Source: Octopus sinensis (lineage: Eukaryota). From it: DNA of 64,000 bases. Shown in pieces: positions 39,645 to 53,947 of the stretch. Both the position numbers and the translations under genes were made by a program. The notes beneath the pieces were generated by a model that had not been told where the DNA came from, did not search any database, and worked only from the letters and a program-made list of their open reading frames with translations. Where the stretch lies: NCBI RefSeq assembly GCF_006345805.1, contig NW_021833458.1, positions 1 to 64,000 of the forward strand, read 5' to 3'. The stretch's first letter is position 1; every line of letters begins with the position of its first letter.

Positions 39645-39816
39645 GGAAAAAATTCAGTCTTACAGCTGTTTCTGGGATTACCCAGAATATGGAATATTCC
39701 GTCATCGGAGATAAATAGGAAAAATGAGAAGGGCATAAATTAATGAAATAAAGACACACAGGGCAGGAGTAAAGGAATACGTTCATGAAGAAAGATGGTC
39801 TGGTCGGTCACGTGGT

Positions 39817-39825
<9 letters not shown>
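39645..39825 (-). mobile_element. Penelope-like terminal fragment with hammerhead-like fold (39658-39711, core CCGAUGA)
   Basis: UCU CCGAUGA ... GAA ACAGCUGU A AGA; palindromic stem III, irregular stem II. Confidence 0.55.
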
Positions 39826-39881
<56 letters not shown>

Positions 39882-42536
39882 GTTTGTGTGTGCCTATCAC
39901 AACAGCTATGATTGTGATGCCCTATGGATCAAAATTATTTAGCTATCTTACCCCAAACCGCAGATGCACACAAATCAATATACCCAATTCTTCTTTTCCA
40001 TAAAATCAATTCTGTAAAATCCCGTCCATTCTTGCATTTTTTCTGCAGGGCTGGACTTATATATGTTCAATAGGAACTTTAACAATATTAATACTTTTCA
40101 GTCGGGGATCCTGCCAACTCAATGCCATTATTTCCTCCTTCCTACCCTTTGATACCGCGAGTAGCTATTCAGGAAATAAAGTAAGAGAGAAGGAGTGCAT
40201 TACCAACAAAAGGCTGGTAATTATTCGTCGATACTGAGAAAATGAAGCGCAATGTTGGCTTCGGTTTCATTAGAATTCAGGATGAGCCATCTGAAGCAAA
40301 TATCCGATTGTATTTCGTTTGACGCTGTAATTATATTGGAAATTAACCTTTTGATTTAGTAGTCCTTACGTGCACTAGGGTGTCCAGTTTTCCCTACTGT
40401 TGTGGTTCTGCTCAATAAAGATCTACCTGCTGTTACGTCCAACAGCGCATGTGCTTCATCATATGATACGACCATTCATTTCTCGCAGTTCTACAAAATT
40501 GCTTCATTGACATGCAACCAGGATACTACATATCCAGCTTATACAAACCTTGAAACCAATGGCAGCAATGAAGCAATACCAAGCTTATCTCTTTCAACAG
40601 CAAAATTAAAAGCTAAAGTACATTTTATATACAGACAACATTTTATTTACAGATAACACATTCCCGAAACATGCCTGGCACTCAGCAACAGCCATCACAG
40701 TTTTCTTAAATGCTGTGCTTCAACACGGATGACCAACTGTCCAAAGTATACCTCAGCCTATTTAAGACTACATCCTAAAAACTGATCCTTTTCTATAGGG
40801 CCAGAAATTATTTCAGACCGCAACAGTTGTTGACACTTCACAATGCTCTAGTGAGGCCCACAATAAACTTTTAATCCTTTATCTAGAAATTTGCAGCTGC
40901 CGCAGACACAGATACCCATTGTTGCTTCTAGAAGGAACATCTCTCGACTGATTCGCCTTAAATTATTCATAATTATGTCCCAACAACTCCCCCACAGATG
41001 CACCGTCTCATTTCTCTGTTACCGCTGCCGTAACTGTAAAAGCCTTGGTTTATCGGGTCTGGTTGATTTTGTACTTCCTCCACTTGTCTCTCTATATATT
41101 TTAATACAAACACCCAATCTCCAACACGAGTCGTAAACCCCTGTCTCTCTCCCAGGTGTATAGGTTCACTAAAATCTCCCTTCAACCTATTCATATTATT
41201 CCTTTTAGTGTACATGTGGATTTTTTTTAGGTGCGCTGGTATTCCGTAACTAGAGGGATGTTTCTACATTTCAAAGTTATGAACAAAAAGTTTTCAAGGC
41301 GCTGAAATATTAAATACAGATATTTGTAAAACTTACTTAATATTTTCTAAATCCCCAAATGCACTTACCCGTTGCGATGTATCATTTTGGAGTAACTGGT
41401 AGACATTTTGATATAGATATACACATTTTACTTCTTAAGTGATACTGGTTGCTTTACAGAATGCAGTGGTGCCTGCTAGGATTTGAACTTACAACGTATA
41501 GAAATATGGATTCGAAATATATTTTTCCTTTTAGTTGGCCGCCCTGTCATTTGAACCGTGGCACCAGCGTAAGACAGATGAAAAGTAATATATATATATA
41601 TATATGATAGTGTGTCTGTTTTTGAGTAGTGTATGTCTGTATACACATATGTATTCATATGTGAGTGTTTATATACATGTTTGTATGTATATATATATAT
41701 ATATACACGCACATAAATATATATTATCTATATATTATCTTAAAACGTTATTACTGAACACACAGCAGCAACAGCAGTCGCAGTATCAGAAGATGATGAA
41801 GGAGAAAAAAATGAGGAGACAAAGAAGAAAATACCGGGAAATAACACGAACAACAAAAAGAAAGAGAAGAAAATAGGGAAAGAAAAAATTTTCTATAAAA
41901 AAATTACATATTTTCAAGATAAATAACTCTATAAAATAAACCTCCATTTTCAATGAAAATCTAACAGCTAATTTGAAAATAAATAAACATTCTTAAAACT
42001 AATAAATATTTTCAAAACAAATAAGTAGTTTGGAGCGTAAAAAGTTGTAAAGTTAATTGAAGTTAAAATCTTTTCTTTTGCTGTTTATACATATTTTTTT
42101 CTTTCTTTTATTACTATTTTGTTTTCGTATAATGAGCAAGTAAAAATGTTGGATTTCCTAGAATTTAACTTTAGTTTCATTTCCCCTAAAATGTTTCGTA
42201 CGCCAAAAGACGTTTCGTTGCTGCTGCTGTTATTGTTGTTGTTGTTTTTGTTATTTTAACTTTCGCTTTACAAGAAACTTTTGCTTCATTTTATTATTAG
42301 TATTATTATTATTTTTTTTTTTTTTGCTTTTGTCATAGTGTTATCTTTTCAAAATATATTTTAACAACTCTTTATTTTATTGTTTCTTACCGTTCCCTTA
42401 TTGTTCTTCCTTCTCTTTATTCTTTCTTATTTCTGTTGTTATTATTGTTGTTTGTCATTGTTCTTGTTGTTGATGTCGATAATATTTCTGCTATTGTAGT
42501 TTTCTAAAACTCACCTTCCCTACCTCCTTATGTTTG

Positions 42537-42577
<41 letters not shown>

Positions 42578-42621
42578 ACTCACACGTGTATATATAGATA
42601 TATACATGCATAATATATGTA

Positions 42622-42653
<32 letters not shown>

Positions 42654-42790
42654 GAATACATAGATATATGTACCTGCATATATATACATATATATACCTA
42701 TATATATATATATATGTATGAATACATATGTGAAAATATATGTATACAGACACTTACACATAGAAACATATGAAAAGACACATGTCACTA

Positions 42791-42821
<31 letters not shown>

Positions 42822-42878
42822 ATATATATATATATATACATATATGTATGTATATATATGTATATATATATATATATA

Positions 42879-42913
<35 letters not shown>

Positions 42914-44121
42914 GACGCACATATATTCCTATAGATATATGTATACATACACCCACACGCAAACACAGACACATATGAGAGAGAGAGAGAGTGTGTGTCT
43001 GTGTATGTGAGAGTGTCTGTGTGTGTCTGTGTGTGTGTGTGCTTACGTATGACTATATATTTGTTTTATTAAATTTCTATTTCTTTACTTTCGTTTTGCT
43101 TTATACTTATTCTATCATCTTAAAAGCAAACGCTAAAAGGAGATAACACATATTAGAAAACAACGCAAAACACGAAGCAGATATGATATTATCAATTTAC
43201 AAGATGTGTCGAGAGAAAGCATGGCTTATTTGCTTTTGTGCTTTTGTTTCAATTTTATATATATATATTTTTTTTTCTCAATTGTCTTTGTTTTTATTTT
43301 ATCGTTTGTTAACTTTAATATTATTTCGTTATTTTGTTTAAATTTGTTTCGTTACATATTGTGTAGCTTAGAGATGTTTACCCAAGAAAGGTGCAAGCGT
43401 TGTTTTCCTCCCAATGAGAGAAGAGATTATCGCTGTAAGACCTAACAAGATAAAAGCAGATGCCACAAAGTTTAATATACAGCTAGTGTATATAAGGTAG
43501 TAGGATAATATCAATACTACTGGTGGCTATATTTTCCCTGATAGCATACTCTGCAAGATAAATATGACAGCGGCACCGTAAGAGGAGGGGCGATTGGAGT
43601 TCGTGCTGTTAGTTAGAAAGTAATGTGTTAGAAAGTTATGCTGCTGATGATGGTGATCATGACGATTAAGGTGGTGCGCGATGATGTTGAGTGAGGTGGG
43701 AAAGTTGGTAGGGTGTTGTGATGACAGCAGCGGTGGTGGCGGTCGTGGTGGTGTGCCTGATGTTACTGGTGATGCTGGTGATGATGTTGACAATAGTGAT
43801 GCTGGTGATGGAGTTGACAATGGAAAGGTTTCGGAAAGTGATGGAGACGATGTTGACAGAAAGGTGGTGTCAGTGATAGTGGGGGTGGGGGTGGGGGGTG
43901 GAGGGGTAGATGATGCTGATGGTGATAATATAAGGCATGATGTTGGCACGTGATAATTGTCGTGGTGGTGGTCGGAGTAATAGGGGGAGAGATAGTTGAT
44001 GCCAGCAGGTATATTAGAGGTAGGTGGACATGGTTGGATTTGGTAGAACGGATGCTGTTGATTCAACACACTGCGGCGTTTGCAGTGGTAGCAGCAGTGG
44101 TCGTTGTGGATGAGGATTATA

Positions 44122-44160
<39 letters not shown>

Positions 44161-44189
44161 TTGATGACGATGATGATGATGATTATGAC

Positions 44190-44225
<36 letters not shown>

Positions 44226-44425
44226 AACGTAGTGCATTGCACAATGGCGACGCTACTGGAGCTGAAAGTACATATGACAAACCCTCACACCAACAGGCAC
44301 AAGGAAATACACACACAGGCATACATACGTGTGTGTGTGTGAGTGTGTGAGAGTGAAAGTGTGTGCGTCTGTGTACATACATACATATGTATATGCATAT
44401 ATTGATACATATATATATGTATATA

Positions 44426-44456
<31 letters not shown>

Positions 44457-44523
44457 GCATACATATATATATACATATATATTATACACATATATATATA
44501 CACATATATATATACACACACAC

Positions 44524-44586
<63 letters not shown>

Positions 44587-45070
44587 TATAGAAAGCGGTG
44601 GTAGAATTTATAGAGATGATGGTAGCATTAAAACATAGCAATCGTCGTCATATTGGAATTTATGTCGGTAATATTCTTATGTTGAAGGTGTGTTAATGGT
44701 TACGATGCTGAAACAACGATAAGGTTTCCAAATATTATAAAACTATATCAATCGCTTGATATTCAGTAAGATAGATAACAAAGAAATGCATGACAAAAAT
44801 GAGCAAGGAAAGTTGATATAATGGTTGAATATGATTACTGAATGGATATCTTCATGATTATTAAAAAAAACAGAAAAAAAAATGCATGAAAGTTTTGATG
44901 CCCCCATTTTTCAAAAATTAAATTTGTTTTTGTATTGAATTTTCTGTATCCAGTGTTTTATTTTTGTATCTAGCATACAACGATATATATATTTACGTCT
45001 TCTGCACGCATATTTACGTGTACGTATCGGTCTCACTCTGTGCATACTTCTATGTATATACACATCAGTG

Positions 45071-45117
<47 letters not shown>

Positions 45118-45192
45118 CTTTGTCTGTCTGTCTATTCATCTCACTATGTATGTTTATATATGTATACATATAAAATATATACACACTGTTTA

Positions 45193-45227
<35 letters not shown>

Positions 45228-45232
45228 GTGTG

Positions 45233-45279
<47 letters not shown>

Positions 45280-45334
45280 ATATATATATATATATTATAT
45301 ATATATATATGATTTATAAATATATGTATCTGTA

Positions 45335-45485
45335 TCAATCTCTGTTTATTTTCTCTTATTCCTTTTTGTTGAAGACTGTAGTCTCGAAGCGTGAAAGGCA
45401 TTAAATTTTTCCGAGTACCAAGCTAATAAACGTGCGTGTTGTTCGTACATCTGCCTTCGTCTTTCGTTTTTCTATAAATTTCAAA
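45335..45485 (+). mobile_element. Diverged PLE end of the 9755/11710 family
   Basis: ctttttgttgaagactgtagtctcgaagcgtgaaag...ccgag...ctaata. Confidence 0.6.
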
Positions 45486-46985
45486 TGTCTATGAATATAT
45501 TTGTATTTATATGTGTATATAAATTCACACACAAGGAAATACATACATGAATATATATATATATATAATCTAAATTCAACTTACGTTGAAAGTCAACAAA
45601 GTTTGCTTTAGAAACGTTGAGATTCGAACTCACATCCGTGTGATTACGCGTTTACCATTAATATAAACTAGCCAGCAACAAATTCTTCTGCAATTTCAGG
45701 ATATATAAATCTAGCTTTATGAGACCACTTGACGTGTAATCACAGGAATGTGAGTTCGACTTTCATGGCTGGCCGCCGACAGATTTGTCTGCAAAATATC
45801 GTTAGTGTGTGTGTGTGTGTGTGTGTGTCTATGTGTGTGTATGTGTTGTGTGTGTTTGTGTGTGTGTGCGTGTGTCTTTGTGTCTGTGTTTTCCTGACCA
45901 CCACCTTCGCTTGACAACCGATGTTGGTATGTTTACGTCCCCGGCAAAAGACACCGATGGAAGAAGTCCCAAGCTTCCAAAAAATTTGCTGCGATCAAAT
46001 TACTGAAACAAGTAAAATAATTTTTTAAATAGTAACGAATAAAAGAATATATATGCACATACATACATAAGTACGTACATACATACGTACATAATTACAT
46101 ACATACATACATACATTTCTCTTGCTTGTACATCACGCAACGTTGTCTCCATCGAATACTCTTCTGCTGCAAGTTGACGCATCCATATATTTTATTCTTC
46201 TAATAAAGTTATAAAACCTTGCTTTTCGATAGCAACTGTGTGGAAAATATAATTTATATTCATGAAAATACATTTAAATTTATTTGAATATTTTAGTTGT
46301 ATCACGTTGAATATTATTAAAACAAAAAAAAAAAAAACACTTGCTGTTTTTATTTATGTATTTATTAGTAGACATCAGACAGTTATCACACTGTGAAAGA
46401 TAAATTTTAAAACGAAGATACATTAAAGTAATAACAGCTATAATTTTATAGTTTGTTACCAACAAAAGTATCTGGAACACAAGTACCGACGTACTGTAGT
46501 TTTCTAATATTTATGTGTTGACAAGTAAAAATGATTTATTATATTACGCAAAGAACAATTAATATAACGAATATATCTCATGGTGAAATGTTTCTTTATT
46601 GAATACTTGCGAACTTGGATTTCTACAAGTAAACCTTACGAAGGTGTTTACATTTATTTTTCTTTGTTGGCTTTGATTTCGAGAGCAGACATTTTGGTTT
46701 TTGGCTTATTGTCTTTTTCTTGTTTCACTTATTATTCTGCGGCCCAAACTGGGCCTGCCGTTGAAGTGTTTAGCCAAAGGTAGCGATCCGAGGACTTATT
46801 TTGTTGTTGTTGTTTTTTCATTCTGTTACGTAACTTGTTGGTCTCTCAACTGATATATTAAGGGGACATAATTGTTCATCAAAAGAAAAAAGATCCTGGT
46901 TGTTAAGCGGTTATATATATATATATTTCGTTTTTGGATTTGGTTTGCAAGATTCTTTATGTGAATTCGTGTGTTGAATCATATT

Positions 46986-47258
46986 CTGTTGTGGTCTGGG
47001 GAGAGCCATTCTCCTTTTAGTGCCTTGTAACTTAACACACTCACCGGTAAAATTTCCACTTATTTTCTTCTTTTCTGAAATTTTCTGAAATTTTCGTTGC
47101 GTCTTGCAACCTTTTCAATAGAATCAAAACTATTGAAAAGGTTGGAAGATGCAATGAACATTTAAGAAAAATAAAGAAGTAAATGAGTGGAAATTTTACC
47201 GGTGAGTGTGTTAAATTATAAGACACTAACAGAGAATGACTCTCGCCAGACACAACAG
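46986..47258. mobile_element. Foldback element with nested stems
   Basis: Outer arms 46986-47060 and 47186-47258; inner arms 47097-47121 and 47130-47154 around an 8-nt loop. Confidence 0.85.
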
Positions 47259-47640
47259 TGTCTATATATATATATATATATATAACATTTCACGACGCAT
47301 TAAGCAGTGATTGATGAAAAAGTTTCACCCGCTCCTTATTAAATAATAAAACTCCATTCAAAAGATATTTTAACTATGTGCCCTCCATTTTTATATATAA
47401 ATTCGGTTAAAATGATAATATCTTAATTGCATAATTGTGGAATTTATGATGTTGATTGCTAAAGAAATAGGTGATGAGCGTAATTAAATAATGAAACATT
47501 TGTGAAATTGTTGCTTTTCTGTCTTTAATGTATGCGCACATACATATACATATATGTGTGTATTCATATATACACACACCTATGAATACATGTATAAAAT
47601 AAGTATATTTATATATACATGTTCAAGATATATGTATGTT

Positions 47641-47849
47641 TCAAATTTTGGCGAAAGGCCAGCGATTTCGAGGGTGGAAGTAAGGCGATTACATTATTGA
47701 GCCCCCCAGTGCTCAGCTGGTATTTATTATTCTGCCCCAAAAGGTTGAAAAGCAAAGTCGACCTCGACGGAATTTGAACTCAGGACGTAAAGACCGAAGA
47801 AATACCACAAAGCATTTCGCCCAACGTGCTAACGTTCCTGCCAGCTCGC
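47641..47849 (-). mobile_element. SINE family A head/core with a different 3' tail
   Basis: A-type head and core, then cagctgagcactggggg...cgctggcctttcgccaaaatttga. Confidence 0.75.
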
Positions 47850-48198
47850 TTTACACACACAAATAGAAACATCAACACGCACATTCATCCAGTCACATAC
47901 ACGCGCAGAAGGCATATTCCTTCTACCGTTTTGGCATTCTTTCCTGGGAAATATCATCGAACGAGTACATTCGTACGCTGGTAGGTGATGATTTCAGCGG
48001 GATTTAGCAACTCTTTCTTGCAAATCGCCTGGCCACGTCGAGATTGTCATGTTCTCTGGATACAATGGGAAGAATAGTGACAAACACCACCTCAAACACA
48101 TACACATATACACCGGAATCAATAGCAATAGCTTAATATGAGCGCTGCCAGCACTGCTACTACTACAATTACTACTACTACTACTACTACTACTACTG

Positions 48199-48240
<42 letters not shown>

Positions 48241-48289
48241 ATAATAATAATAATAATAATAGTACTGCTGCTGCTGTTGCTACTAATAT

Positions 48290-48333
<44 letters not shown>

Positions 48334-48561
48334 TTACTACTGCTGCTGCTGCTGCCACCACTTCTGTTACTGATTATGCTATTGCTTCTACTATTACTAC
48401 TACTGCTGCTACTACTACTACTACGAGTACTACTACTACTACTATTACTATTACTCCCATGGAAAAAGATCGTGAGAGTTATGATCATGTAGACGATGGT
48501 GATGATGACGACGACGACAACAACGACGACGGCGACGACGATGACGATGATGATGGTGATA

Positions 48562-48649
<88 letters not shown>

Positions 48650-49140
48650 CGACAGTAGTGGAGATGGTTGTAGTGATGCTGTTGCTGTTGATGGCGATGA
48701 CGATGACGATGGTGGCGATGATGGATGATTATGAAGACGAACGAGGAGGAGACGATAATTCCAAGAAGCAATACATTTATAAAGTGAAAATAGATAAATA
48801 AATAAATAAACGAAGAGAAACGCTAATTAGAGAAGAGTGACCAATTTCCTTCCTTCACATGGTGCCAGTCTAGAAAGGAAGCGAAATAATTAAGCAGGTA
48901 GTTTTCGACGCTTTGGAACACTCGAAGAATATCTCAAAGTTCTAGAGATAACCTGATTATGTTTCGTCTACAGAAATATCGAATTTTATTTATACTTATT
49001 GACTTAAGGAGTAATTTACATAAACAAAATAAATACATGTATAGATTTTGAATTATGGCAAATCGAATATATTACCCAATATTGATTTTATCAAGCACAT
49101 AATGGCGAAAGGGCAAATTCAATTTTTATATGGTTTGGAA

Positions 49141-49582
49141 AGCGGTGAGCTGGCGGAAAAGGTTAGCACGCCGGGTGAAATGCTTAGCGGTATTTCGTCT
49201 GTCTTTACGTTCTGAGTTCAAATTCCGCCGAGGTCGACTTTGCCTTTCATCCTTTCGGGGTCGATAAATTAAGTACCAATTACGCACTGGGGGTCGATAT
49301 AATCGACTTAATCCGTTTGTCTGTCCTTGTTTGTCCTCTCTGTGTTTAGCCCCTTGTGGGTAGTAAAGAAATAGGTCTTTCGTCTGCCGTTACGTTCTGA
49401 GTTCAAATTCCGCCGAGGTCGACTTTGCCTTTCATCCTTTCGGGGTCGATAAATTAAGTACCAGTTACGGACTGGAGTCAATATAATCGACTTAATCCGT
49501 TTGTCTCTCCTTGTTTGTCCTCTCTGCGGTGCTCCAGCATGGCCGCAATCAAATGACTGAAAGAGATAAAAGAATAAAAGAA
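49141..49582 (+). mobile_element. Chimeric SINE: A monomer + A second unit + family B 3' tail
   Basis: Unit junction at 49373/49374; switch to cggtgctccagcatggccgc..tcaaatgactgaaa at 49527. Confidence 0.85.
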
Positions 49583-49750
49583 ACTTACATACATATGTAT
49601 GTACAGGGAGGGAAACAGAATTTACATTGATAAACACGTACAAACATACATATACACAGATATATGTATATACATACATACATACATGTATAGATGTGTA
49701 CGTGTGTGTACATATATACAAATATATATACATATAAGATATATATATAT

Positions 49751-49791
<41 letters not shown>

Positions 49792-49798
49792 CGTATAT

Positions 49799-49996
49799 AT
49801 TTCTATTTGTGTGTTTGTATGCATGTATGTGGATTTCTATGTAATTATCTGCTGTGAGCTTCTTTCTTCATCGCTATGTTCTACTCTATCTATGCAAATA
49901 TATTTTCAAACACGTTTCTAGAAATACAACAATTAACTTATAAGTGAAATTAGTTCTTCTCTTTGCACACAAGCCCATCGACACACACAGGCACTC
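49799..49996. repeat. ~198-bp direct repeat, copy 1
   Basis: About 11 mismatches to 55521-55718 (~94%). Confidence 0.95.
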
Positions 49997-50063
49997 ACAC
50001 GTACTCACACATATGCACGCACACACACGTATGTGTGTGAGCTGCAAAACACAAAACTCTCTT

Positions 50064-53000
50064 GTTAACAGTTGATCGAATTTTTGCTAGTGGAGAGTTG
50101 ATCGAATTTGCACAAGTAGACGGTTGATCGAATTTTCGCTAGTGGACACTTGATCGAATTTTGGCTAGTGGACAGTTGATTGAATTTGCACAAGAGGACA
50201 ATTGATCGAATTTGCACAAGCAGACAGTTGATCGAATTTGCACAAAAGAACAGTTGATCGAATTTGCACAAGTGGACAGTTGATCGAATTTTAGCTAGTT
50301 AATCGAATTTTCACCAGTGTACAGTTGATAGAATTTTCGCGATTTGGACAGTTGATCGAATTTTCGCTAGTGGACAATTGATCGAATTTGCACGAGTGGA
50401 CAGTTGATCGAATATTCAATAGTGGACAGTTGATCGAATTTGCACCAGTGGACAGTTGATCGAATTTTTGCTAATAGAGAGTCGATCGAATTTTAGCTAG
50501 TGGACAGTTGATCGAATTTTCGCGAGTGGACAGTTGAACGAATTTTCGCTCGTGGACATTTAATCGAATTTGCACAAGTGGACAGTTGATCGAATTTGCA
50601 CAAGTAGACAGTTGATCGAATATTCGCTAGTGGACAGTTGATCGAATTTGCACAAGTGGACAGGTGATCGAATTTTAGCTAATGGACAGTTAATCGAATT
50701 TTCACCCGTGGACAGTTGATCGAATTTTCGCTAGTGGACAGTTGATCGAATTTTCACGAGTGGACACTTGATAGAATTTTCGCTAATGGACAGTTGATCG
50801 AATTTTCACTTGTGAACAATTGATCGAATTTGCACAAAAGGACAGTTGATCGAATTTGCACCAGTGGACAGTTGATCGAATTTTTGCTAATAGAGAGTCG
50901 ATCGAATTTTAGCTAGTGGACAGTTGATCGAATTTTCGCGAGTGGACAGTTGAACGAATTTTCGCTCGTGGACATTTAATCGAATTTGCACAAGTGGACA
51001 GTTGATCGAATTTGCACAAGTAGACAGTTGATCGAATATTCGCTAGTGGACAGTTGATCGAATTTGCACAAGTGGACAGGTGATCGAATTTTAGCTAATG
51101 GACAGTTAATCGAATTTTCACCCGTGGACAGTTGATCGAATTTTCGCTAGTAGACAGTTGATCGAATTTTCACGAGTGGACACTTGATAGAATTTTCGCT
51201 AGTGGACAGTTGATCGAATTTTCACTTGTGAACAATTGATCGAATTTGCACAAAAGGACAGTTGATCGAATTTGCACAAGTGGACAGTTGTTTCAATATT
51301 CAATAGTGGACAGTTGATCGAATTTTCGCTAGTGGACAGTTGATGGAATTTCCACCAATGGAGAGTAGATCGAATTTTAGCTGGGGGACAGTTGATCGAA
51401 TTTTCACCAGTGGACAGTGATCGAATTTTCGCTTGTGAACAATTGATCGAATTTGGACAAGTGGACAGTTGATCGAATTTACACGAGTGGACAGTTGATC
51501 GAATTTTCGCTAGTGGACGTTTGATCGAATTAGCACAAATGGACAATTGATCGAATTTGAACAAGTGGACAGTTGATCGAATTTGCACAACTGAACAGTT
51601 GATCGAATAACCAATAGTGGACAGTTGATCGAATTTCCTACCAATGGACAGTTGATCGAATTTTAGCTAATGGCCAGTTGACCGAATTTTCACCAGTGGA
51701 CAGTAGATCGAATATTCGCTAGTGGAATATTCGCAGTGGACAGTTCATTGAATTTAAGCTAATTGACAGTTGATCGAATTTCCACCAATGGACAGTTGAT
51801 CGAATTTTAGCTGGGGGACAGTTGATCGAATTTTCACCAGTTGACAGTTGATCGAATTTTCGCTAGTGGACAGTTGATCGAATTTTCGCTAGAGGACAAT
51901 TGATCGAATTTGCACAAGTGGACAGTTGATCGAATTTGCAGAATTGGACAGTTGATCGAATTTACACAAGTGGTCAGTTGATCGAATATTCGCTAGTGGT
52001 CAGTTGATCGAATTTGCACCAGTGGACAGTTCATTGAATTTAAGCTAATTGACAGTTGATCGAATTTTCACAAGTGGACAGTTGATCGAAATTTCGCTTG
52101 TGGACAATTGATCGAATTTTCGCTTGTGAACAATTGATCGAATTTGCACAAGTGATAGTTGATCGAATTTACACAAGTGGACAGTTGATCGAATAATCAA
52201 TAGTGGACAGTTGATCGAATTTCCACCAATGGACAGTTGATCGAATTTTAGCTGGGGGACAGTTGATCGAATTTTCACCATTGGACAGTTGATCGAATTT
52301 TCGCTAGTGGACAGTTGATCGAATTTTCGCTAGTGGACAATTGATCGAATTTGCACAAGTGGACAGTTGATCGAATTTGCAAAAGTGGACAGTTGATCAA
52401 ATTTACACAAGTGGTCAGTTGATCGAATATTCGCTAGTGGACAGTTGATCGAATTTGCACCAGTGGACAGTTCATTGAATTTAAGCTAATTGACAGATGA
52501 TCGAAATTTCGCTTGTGGACAATTGATCGAATTTGCACAAGTGGACAGTTGATCGAATTTGCAAAAGTGGACAGTTGAACAAATTTACACAAGTGGTCAG
52601 TTGATCGAATATTCGCTAGTGGACAGTTGATTGAATTTGCACCAGTGGACAGTTGATCGAATTTTCGCGATGTGGACAATTGATCGAATTTTCGCTAGTG
52701 GACGGTTGATCGAATTTGCACAAGTGGACAATTGATCGTATTTGTACAAGTGGACAGTTGATCGAATATTCGCTAGTGGACAGTTGATCGAACTTGCACC
52801 AGTGGACAGTTGATCGAATTTTAGCTAATGGACAATTGATCGAATTTTCACCAGTGGACAGTAGACCGAATATTCGCTAGTGGACAGTTGATCGAATTTC
52901 CACCAATGGACAGTTGGTCGAATTTTAGCTGGGGGACAGTTGATCGAATTTTCACCAGTGGTCAGTTGATCGAATTTTCGCTAGTGGACAGTTCATCCAA

Positions 53001-53810
53001 TTTTCGCTAGAGGACAATTGATCGAATTTGCACAAGTGGACAGTTGATCGAATTTGCAGAAGTGGACAGTTGATCGAATTTTACACAAGTGGTCAGTTGA
53101 TCGAATATTCGCTAGTGGACAGTTGATCGAATTTTCACAAGTGGACAGCTGATTGAATTTTCGCTTGTGGACAATTGATCGAATTTGCACAAGTGGACAG
53201 TTGATCGAATATTCAATAGTGGACAGTTGATCGAATTTTCACCAGTGGACAGTTGATCGAATTTTAGCTTGCGGACAGTTGATCGAATCTTCACCAGTGG
53301 ACAGTTGATCGAATTTTCGCTAGTGGACAGTTGATCGAATTTTCGCTAGTTGACAATTGATCGAATTTGCTTTAGTGGACAGTTGATCGAATATTCAATA
53401 GTGGACAGTTGATCGAATTTGCACCAGTGGAGAGTTGATCGAATTTTAGCTTGTGGACAGTTCATCGAATTTGCACCAGTGGACAGTTGATCGAAGTTTT
53501 TCTAATGGACAGTTGATCAAATTTTCGCAGTGGACAGTTGGTCGAATTTGCACAAGTGGACAGTTGATCGAATTTACAGAATTGGTCAGTTGATCGAATA
53601 TTCGCTAGTGGACAGTTGATGGAATTTGCACCAGTGGACAGTTCATCGAATTTTAGCTAATGGACAGTTGATCGAATTTTCGCTAGTGGACAGTTGATTG
53701 AATTTTCCCTAGTGGACCTTTGATAGAATTTTCGCTAGTGGACAGTTGACTTAATTTTCAGTTGTGGACACTTGATCGAATTTTCACAAGTGGACAGTTG
53801 ATCGAATTTG
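50064..53810. repeat. 26-bp tandem satellite, ~144 copies; consensus GTGGACAGTTGATCGAATTT + variable 6-mer
   Basis: Directly visible; a 416-bp (16-mer) higher-order duplication lies at ~50430-51270. Confidence 0.97.
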
Positions 53811-53815
53811 CTCCC

Positions 53816-53947
53816 TGTTATGTCGTACATTCGGATTCTTTCTACTCAACTCGACTCCTCTCTACACCTCTCTCACATTTAGACCTCTCCCTCTATATCT
53901 ACGTAATAGGATAGCTTATTTCATCGTCTGGTGGCGTCCACACAACA
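53816..53947 (-). repeat. 3' LTR (TG...CA)
   Basis: Preceded on the minus strand by PPT aaaaggtggagg (53948-53959). Confidence 0.9.

Noticed and set aside
40380-41215. Possible decayed RT (KGDFSEPIHLGERQG) or DEAH motif on the minus strand
   Set aside because: Isolated short motifs in different frames with many stops; a family cannot be assigned without BLASTX.
43527-44342. 236-aa H/P/S/T-rich and 130-aa D-rich ORFs (similarly 47994-48801)
   Set aside because: Low-complexity GAT/GGT/CTA trinucleotide sequence with no splice or domain evidence.
50064-53810. Satellite as a CRISPR array, or as a repeat protein (IRSTVH/KFDQLS/NSINCP ORFs)
   Set aside because: Variable parts are only ~6 nt and recur many times, there are no cas genes, and the context is eukaryotic; the 26-bp period is not a multiple of three, so the ORFs are frame-cycling artefacts.
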